Positions 58,492 through 64,000 of a DNA stretch of 64,000 nt are shown one piece after another. Where the stretch lies: assembly GCA_963663225.1 (NCBI GenBank), contig OY760142.1, positions 2,848,001 through 2,912,000 on the forward strand, written 5' to 3'. Below the pieces are notes generated by a model. That model was not told the DNA's origin. It ran no database searches and saw nothing but the letters and a program-made list of their open reading frames with translations. The position numbers and the translations under genes were made by a program. This DNA is from Nitrospirota bacterium (GTDB taxonomy: Bacteria; Nitrospirota; UBA9217). Positions within the stretch are counted from its first letter, which is position 1. Each line of letters begins with the position of its first letter.

Positions 58492-59589
58492 TCAAATTTT
58501 TATAACTTTTGGCTCAATGGCATTATCGTTATCATGCGAATCGTCTTCCAACGATTTTGTATTATATTCAGGAACTCCTAGCTGTAACCGCTCACGCAGT
58601 AAATCGACGTGATTTTGCTTAAATTTCTCACCAAGAAACTGATATATTTTTTCTCTTGTTTTTAAATCGACGACACCGTCCCATCCTAATTTTGTAGAGC
58701 CAAAAATAGCAGAATAAAGCATGTAAAAAATCGTCAAATTTCTTATGGTTTTTTTTGATAATTTAAAATATGCTGACCCTTCAGATGCAAATTGTCCTTT
58801 CGCAGTTAAGGAAAGTTTATTATGTAAAATATAATCTTCAACGATGGAATTATAATTATTTTTTAAATAATCTATATTTATTCCTGATTCTTCTAGTGCT
58901 CCTGTAATTATCTCTAATTCTGAAATTAATTTAAAAAACTGCCCTACACTAAAACCATCGATTGACTGCTTTTGTTTTATATTAGTGGTAAAGTAAACAG
59001 AGTCTTTATATCGGAAAAAAGGATATATCAGATGATAAACATATTCCCAATGAGTATCTATATTAAAGACGGCCTGATTTGCTCTCAGGCTACGAAGTAA
59101 ACCATATGGTAAAATATCTCGATTAACCCCCGGCCCCCAACAGACTTTTCTTCTTAAATCTGCAAACATTATTTCTCCTTGACCTGCTTGGGGATCAGAG
59201 ATAACTTCTATTTTTTTTCGATTTATAATCGGGTTACCAACTATACGACCAATCTTTATTTCACTGTGGCCTATAGTCATTACAATATCACCAATATTTA
59301 TTTCTTTAATGAACGTTGAAACTTGATTGATGTGCGATGTTAATCGTGTGGTCGAGTAGCTGCTTTTCTTATAAGCTTTACTTAATTTTTCTCTAAGCTT
59401 ATCAATATCTAGGTTATATGTATTTTTACCTGTTTCGTCAAGCCCAAGTAAATCTAAATGACTAATGCCAATAAGTGAACCTTCTACGAAGTGATCGTAA
59501 TATCGTCCACCATGGCAACGAACAACCCAAAATCTTTGGCCTTCTGGCCTTTCATATATATTGAGTGCGCTAAGCATAAGTTTCTCCAT
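58492..59589 (-). CDS. Hypothetical protein with PUA/EVE-like (Mrr/McrB N-terminal-type) domain, candidate defence protein
   Basis: 'FWVVR..GG.YY..F....IGI', 'FIKEINIGDIVM', 'IGRIVG', 'RRKVCW'. Confidence 0.65.
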   Translation of the reverse strand: MEKLMLSALNIYERPEGQRFWVVRCHGGRYYDHFVEGSLIGISHLDLLGLDETGKNTYNLDIDKLREKLSKAYKKSSYSTTRLTSHINQVSTFIKEINIGDIVMTIGHSEIKIGRIVGNPIINRKKIEVISDPQAGQGEIMFADLRRKVCWGPGVNRDILPYGLLRSLRANQAVFNIDTHWEYVYHLIYPFFRYKDSVYFTTNIKQKQSIDGFSVGQFFKLISELEIITGALEESGINIDYLKNNYNSIVEDYILHNKLSLTAKGQFASEGSAYFKLSKKTIRNLTIFYMLYSAIFGSTKLGWDGVVDLKTREKIYQFLGEKFKQNHVDLLRERLQLGVPEYNTKSLEDDSHDNDNAIEPKVIKI

Positions 59590-59747
59590 TTATTTAAAGC
59601 AATTAGACGCCCAATTCGCCGCCCCAGTTTGCCAGATAGATATCAAATAGTATGTCTTGCTATAACATTTTAGTACAAATTTAATAAAACAGAACAACAG
59701 AACAGAAAAAGTTTACGGAAAGATATAAATATCCAATGTTTAGTTTG

Positions 59748-60122
59748 CTATTTATAGGGTTCTTTGGTTCCTGGCTTACCAGTATAGGGGTTCACATTGC
59801 CCTTAGTGCTCCAATTATTATTTTTCGTACTATCAGGAGTTGTTCTACGATGTGGAGATACATAAGTACCATCCTTCTTTGTATATCCTTTTACATGGGT
59901 GTCTCGACTCTTGCTAATTGACCGAGTAGTGGTGGAGCTTTTACTTGTTGATCTTTTCCCACTATTTTTACTCTTGCCGCCACTACTCTTTCCAGCTGAA
60001 CTTTTGCTCGATGAACTTTTGCCACTATGACCTTTACCACCACCTCCTCTTGCAAATAAATCCTGAATAATTATTGACATAGAAAATAATAAACAGAGCA
60101 GTAAACAGGCCAGTTTTTTCAT
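59748..60122 (-). CDS. Secreted basic G/S/K-rich protein
   Basis: Signal peptide, low-complexity linker, motif 'HVKGYTKKDGTYVSPH...NNWSTKGNVNPYTGK'. Confidence 0.8.
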   Translation of the reverse strand: MKKLACLLLCLLFSMSIIIQDLFARGGGGKGHSGKSSSSKSSAGKSSGGKSKNSGKRSTSKSSTTTRSISKSRDTHVKGYTKKDGTYVSPHRRTTPDSTKNNNWSTKGNVNPYTGKPGTKEPYK

Positions 60123-60580
60123 AATTATCCCCCTGTTTTAAAGATTTTAATAATACGCCTTACCTTACAATCCAACTGCATATTACGCGAGTAAAGTTGT
60201 ACTTGATCAGTACAGGAACAAGCGCTTATTTATTATCTGTTAATAGTAAAGGTATAGTTACAGATGACCTGAGAGCTTTGAATTATGGATAAATATAAAG
60301 TGATATTAAAAAGGTAAAACTAAAAGCTAAGATTATTGCTTCAAGTTAGAACCCTTTCCGTTTTGCTATTCATTGGAGTAAATGATGTTCTATTTGTAGA
60401 AGAAAAGAAGATGTTTTGTCGTTGGAGGTTAATTTATTATACGCTTAGGTATAATACTGTCAAGGTTATTTTTTAGACTACAAAAGGAATGACAGTCATA
60501 AAGAGTGAGATCATAAAAATAAGCAGCTTATGTTATTAATTACATCACCAATTAAAAAATTTTTAAACAAACAAATATAA

Positions 60581-60927
60581 TCACTGTGATAAAAAATGCG
60601 ATAAATTTCTTCAAAAAAGGCAATATCATCATAACAAATAGAATTTCTATAAACTTATTAATTCATTGATTTACAGATAAAAGCGGGAAACCAAGCAGCA
60701 AATCAAGGATTGAATTTTTCTGTCCTTTCCTTCGGGTAGTGAGGGCAAGAGAGCGAGCCTTGTGCTCACCCGTTTTCTCACTGTGATAAAAATGTGATAA
60801 AACTATTCAAAAAAGGCAAAATTATCACAATACATAGAATAATTGTAAACCTATTAATCGTTTGATTTATCAGCAATAACGGGAAACCAAGCAACAAATC
60901 AAGGATTGTGTTTTTCTGCCTTTTCTC
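60581..60927 (+). repeat. Imperfect ~150-bp tandem duplication of the att arm (60581-60733 vs 60778-60927)
   Basis: Manual alignment, roughly 80% identical; both copies carry TGTGATAA-type repeats and an IHF consensus. Confidence 0.9.
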
Positions 60928-60979
60928 GCTGGCAGTCTTGGGGTCAGGGGTTCGATCCCCCTCAGCTCCACCAAGAATT
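60928..60979 (+). repeat. attR core (displaced 3' half of tRNA-Ala)
   Basis: Identical to 52574-52625. Confidence 0.95.
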
Positions 60980-60981
60980 TT

Positions 60982-61010
60982 AAAGGCTAATCGCAAGATT
61001 AGCCTTTTTT
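60982..61010 (+). terminator. Intrinsic terminator (original tRNA-Ala terminator)
   Basis: AAAGGCTAATC-GCAA-GATTAGCCTTT followed by TTT. Confidence 0.85.
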
Positions 61011-61289
61011 ATTTAAGCTAGAAGTGGTTTCAAAGAGACTATTCCTTTTTTTCGGAACCTCACGACAGCGTTATTCTGAGTATACTTATTCGACATTATG
61101 CATCTTCTAATCTTCTCCTTAACCGTAACTTTCAAAAAAATACCGCATTGTGACCTAACTCACATATAATTTTTAAAAAAAATATTATACTTTGGTTGCA
61201 ACATACGTCGATCTTTATATTTTAATATGATACAAGATCTATGGAGAAAAGCTCCATATCATCTCACTTAAACTCTTTTGGGAGGAACC

Positions 61290-61874
61290 ATGAAAAGACA
61301 TTACTTCCGTATTTTATTACTTGCAGTTTTTTTCGTTGTTTCTGGTTGTGCCGCATCTGCCCCGAGATATATGGCATTCAAGGAAGACCCAACGTTTAAT
61401 ATCTTTAAAGTCAAACCCGAAAAAGGTTACGCTGCTCTCGTCGTTGCCAGAACAACCAAATTCGGTGGAGCAATCGAATTTGACACCTTTCTCGACAAGA
61501 AGATGATAGGCGTTACCCAATGGAAAAGTTATTTTGTAAAAACGAATATCACACCAGGAGTGCATTATGTAATCACGCGAGCGGAAAGCGTAGAACCGGC
61601 GAAAATAAATTTCAAGCCTGACAGAATATATTATCTGCAACAAATCCCAAGAATGGGCGTCTGGAGGGCTCGGGTAAGCGTAGCGCTCGTAACTCCGCAA
61701 GAACTGAGCACTTCATTTGACAGCGACTGCAGATTGTTAGCATATGACGTTCAAAATCCAGGTGAAGACATGTCTGATAAAGACTACCGAGAAGCCATCA
61801 ATGATTATGAACGGGAAGTTAAAGAAGGACGGCACCAGGAAGATTCAAGCTATAATGGAATTCCTGCAAAATAA
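61290..61874 (+). CDS. Lipoprotein (DUF2846-like)
   Basis: GGAGG SD, lipobox 'VSGC', beta-rich 'KSYFVKTNITPGVHYV'. Confidence 0.75.
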   Translation: MKRHYFRILLLAVFFVVSGCAASAPRYMAFKEDPTFNIFKVKPEKGYAALVVARTTKFGGAIEFDTFLDKKMIGVTQWKSYFVKTNITPGVHYVITRAESVEPAKINFKPDRIYYLQQIPRMGVWRARVSVALVTPQELSTSFDSDCRLLAYDVQNPGEDMSDKDYREAINDYEREVKEGRHQEDSSYNGIPAK

Positions 61875-61975
61875 TTTCAATCAATACTGGTGTGAGGATT
61901 AGAAATACCAGAAGCACATATTAACCGGGTAACATCAACTTCCAGCCTTACAAAATAAAAAAACATCGCTTAAGA

Positions 61976-62005
61976 TCTTCTATGGGAAAACATCCCCATA
62001 GAAGA
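61976..62005. other. 11-bp inverted repeat (hairpin or operator)
   Basis: TCTTCTATGGG-N8-CCCATAGAAGA. Confidence 0.45.
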
Positions 62006-62140
62006 AGATAAGCATTTGTATGAAGTTGCTGACTCTTCCCTATTCTGAAAACTCTATTAAACAAATCACAACAATCGGTGTCTCACCTAATAAATAGTAC
62101 AAGTACATCATTACGAATGAAGCGTTACGGAGGTGTCATC

Positions 62141-62746
62141 ATGAAAAAGCCGACCCTCGGCATCATTATTTTTAGTTTGTTGTTCTCTGCCTTCAGCATT
62201 TTAACGCCGGCAAAAACCAATGCTGAAGTCAATGTCAGCATTAACATTCCTTTGCCGCCGCTCGTGATACCAGCTCCACCTGCTTTAGTGGTAATACCTG
62301 AAACCTATGTATACTATCCTCCTGATGTCAATGTAGATATTTTCTTCTACCGGGGCTACTGGTACAGACCATATCAGGGACATTGGTTTATCTCAAGCAG
62401 GTACAACGGCCCTTGGCGGGGTATTGAAGTCCATCGGGTGCCTCGCGCGATAATCGGCGTCCCCTCCTCGTTTAGAGGGGCCCCTGTTTTTCATAACCGC
62501 TTGCAGTATAAGGAAGTAAGAAAAAACTGGAAAGGATGGGAGCGCGACCGGCATTGGGACAATGCACGCTGGGACAAGGCCCGCCAAGAAAGAAGAGATT
62601 ACTATCGGGGACAAGCCAACAGAGGACCTCAACACGAGCAGCAGAATTGGAATAGAGACAACCATGACAGGAGAGAAAATTCACCGAGAGAACACGGTGG
62701 AGGTCATATGAACAATAGAGAAGGAAATCCGCACATCATTCGATAA
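62141..62746 (+). CDS. Secreted Pro-rich / Arg-His-rich hypothetical protein
   Basis: GGAGG SD, signal peptide, 'PLPPLVIPAPP', 'FFYRGYWYR..GHW....YNGPW', charged tail. Confidence 0.75.
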   Translation: MKKPTLGIIIFSLLFSAFSILTPAKTNAEVNVSINIPLPPLVIPAPPALVVIPETYVYYPPDVNVDIFFYRGYWYRPYQGHWFISSRYNGPWRGIEVHRVPRAIIGVPSSFRGAPVFHNRLQYKEVRKNWKGWERDRHWDNARWDKARQERRDYYRGQANRGPQHEQQNWNRDNHDRRENSPREHGGGHMNNREGNPHIIR

Positions 62747-62823
62747 AAAACGAACGAATGCTATGCAGCCTTGTGAACCGACAAGAAAACAAACAGTTGA
62801 CCGTATAAACCAGAATAATATCC

Positions 62824-64000
62824 TTAAGTCTGCGTATCCAGCATATCCCGTATCTTTCGGACAAGGACAGTCGGTGTTACCGGTTTTTGAAGGAACACCG
62901 TGTTTTTGTCCGAAAACATTTTTTTTGTAAAAATATTTTCCGCATAGCCGCTGATAAAAATCGTCTTTACTTCCGGGTTTTGCTTTTTGATATTCAACCA
63001 GGCTTCTTTACCGTTCATGTTCGGCATAATACCGTCGAGCATCACGAGTCGTATGCCGTCGATGTTTTTTGCATACTTGGCAACCGCATCCAGTCCATCA
63101 ACAGCCTCTATGACCGTATAACCATACTCCTGCAGCACGCTGATTGACATTTTTCTGATGGTTGCGTCGTCTTCAGCAAAAAGCAGTGTTTCTGTACCGC
63201 CCCTGGCAGGCACTTCCTCTTCCATTTTTTGACTTTCTGCGGGAGCAGAGCCATTGGAAGACGGCAGATATATTTTAAATGTTGTTCCCCGTCCTGGATT
63301 GCTGCATACATTAATAAAACCGTTATGTTGTTTTACAATACCGAAAACCACGGCCAATCCGAGGCCAGTGCCCTTTCCTTCCTCTTTGGTAGTATAAAAC
63401 GGTTCGAAAATCTTCTGTTTTACTTCGTCGGTCATCCCTGTGCCCGTGTCCGTGACCGTAAGAAAGGCATAGATACCGCTGGGCTGTTTCACGCCTTCCG
63501 CGTCGATAAGCGACTGGTCAACGTTTATGAGACCCGTTTTAATGAGGATGTCGCCGCCTTTCGGCATAGCGTCACGTGAGTTGGTCACTAAATTCATCAG
63601 TATTTGCTCAAGCTGTCCGCGGTCGGCTACTATATGCAAATCTTTTTCCGCCGTCTCCACTTTGAGCCGAATGTTTTCCTTGAGCAAACGAAGCAGAAAC
63701 TTTTCAAATTTAAGAATTACGTCATTCAAATTGATCGTAACAAGATTGACGTTCTGTTTTCTGCCGAATGCGAGAAGACTCTGAGTCAGCACTGTAGCAC
63801 GGTTGGCTGCCGTTTGTATCTGTTCGATACTGTGGCGATTCGGATCATCCTGTTTCATTTTCATGAGGGCTATTGCGGCATATCCGACGATAGCGCTCAT
63901 GATGTTGTTAAAATCATGGGCCACCCCCCCGGCGAGCTGGCCGATGGCCTCCATTTTCTGGGCCTGGCGCAGCTGGTTTTCTAACAAGATTTTTTCTGAC
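62824..64000 (-). CDS. Hybrid histidine kinase (HisKA-HATPase-REC), 5' end outside the window
   Basis: 'QAQKMEAIGQLAGGVAHDFNN', 'NLVTNSRDAM', 'DTGTGM', 'GTGLGL', REC 'AEDD...LD...KP'; frame open to the window edge. Confidence 0.95.
   Translation of the reverse strand, partial: SEKILLENQLRQAQKMEAIGQLAGGVAHDFNNIMSAIVGYAAIALMKMKQDDPNRHSIEQIQTAANRATVLTQSLLAFGRKQNVNLVTINLNDVILKFEKFLLRLLKENIRLKVETAEKDLHIVADRGQLEQILMNLVTNSRDAMPKGGDILIKTGLINVDQSLIDAEGVKQPSGIYAFLTVTDTGTGMTDEVKQKIFEPFYTTKEEGKGTGLGLAVVFGIVKQHNGFINVCSNPGRGTTFKIYLPSSNGSAPAESQKMEEEVPARGGTETLLFAEDDATIRKMSISVLQEYGYTVIEAVDGLDAVAKYAKNIDGIRLVMLDGIMPNMNGKEAWLNIKKQNPEVKTIFISGYAENIFTKKMFSDKNTVFLQKPVTPTVLVRKIRDMLDTQT

Larger units (their letters stand above)
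52574..60979. mobile_element. tRNA-Ala-integrated ~8.4 kb element (integrase, xis, Rep_trans initiator, cargo)
   Basis: Exact 52-bp terminal direct repeats, integrase next to the tRNA, visibly AT-richer cargo. Confidence 0.93.

Noticed and set aside
60123-60580. Possible pseudogene or ncRNA in the AT-rich gap
   Set aside because: No ORF of 60 aa or more in the track, and no convincing motif or structure seen by eye
60928-60973. Second tRNA-Ala gene
   Set aside because: Only the 3' half is present; it is attR
60581-60979. CRISPR-like repeat-spacer-repeat
   Set aside because: Only two long (~150 bp) degenerate units and no cas genes; explained as att arms
52574-60979. Filamentous or tailed prophage
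   Set aside because: No Zot/pI ATPase, coat-protein cluster, terminase or capsid recognised
60778-60996. 72-aa ORF containing 'GGAEGDRTPD'
   Set aside because: Translation of the reverse complement of the tRNA fragment and att arm; a typical spurious ORF

Overview
Bacterial chromosomal segment, mostly coded on the minus strand. The gene order (pgpA-cinA-thpR-recA-pilT-recX-alaS; lptCAB-rpoN-hpf-ptsN-hprK-rapZ-mannose-class PTS-ptsH-ptsI) resembles Nitrospirota/Desulfobacterota; this taxonomy is inference only. About 52 kb is housekeeping: carB, clpS, rel, recJ, alaS, recA, rpoN, an ECF Co/Ni transporter and others. At tRNA-Ala(GGC) (52544-52619) an AT-rich ~8.4 kb integrative element is bounded by an exact 52-bp direct repeat (52574-52625 / 60928-60979). 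It encodes a tyrosine integrase, an excisionase-like HTH and a Rep_trans-type rolling-circle initiator with upstream hairpins. Its cargo is a Zn-phospholipase C-like protein plus lipoprotein, a PUA/Mrr-N-like candidate defence protein and a basic secreted protein; no capsid or conjugation genes are present. Best candidates for undescribed biology: (1) a STAS-GHKL kinase / STAS-wHTH pair with a perfect 43-bp palindrome over its promoter, preceded by a GroES with a histone-H1-like tail and sitting upstream of the recA operon; (2) a duplicated integrase att arm enclosing an inverted mimic of the tRNA attB site (25/33 nt); (3) the PLC/lipoprotein and PUA-like cargo; (4) a HEAT-repeat protein and an HD-GYP protein sharing an unnamed N-terminal domain. 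All calls come from manual motif recognition; no searches were run.
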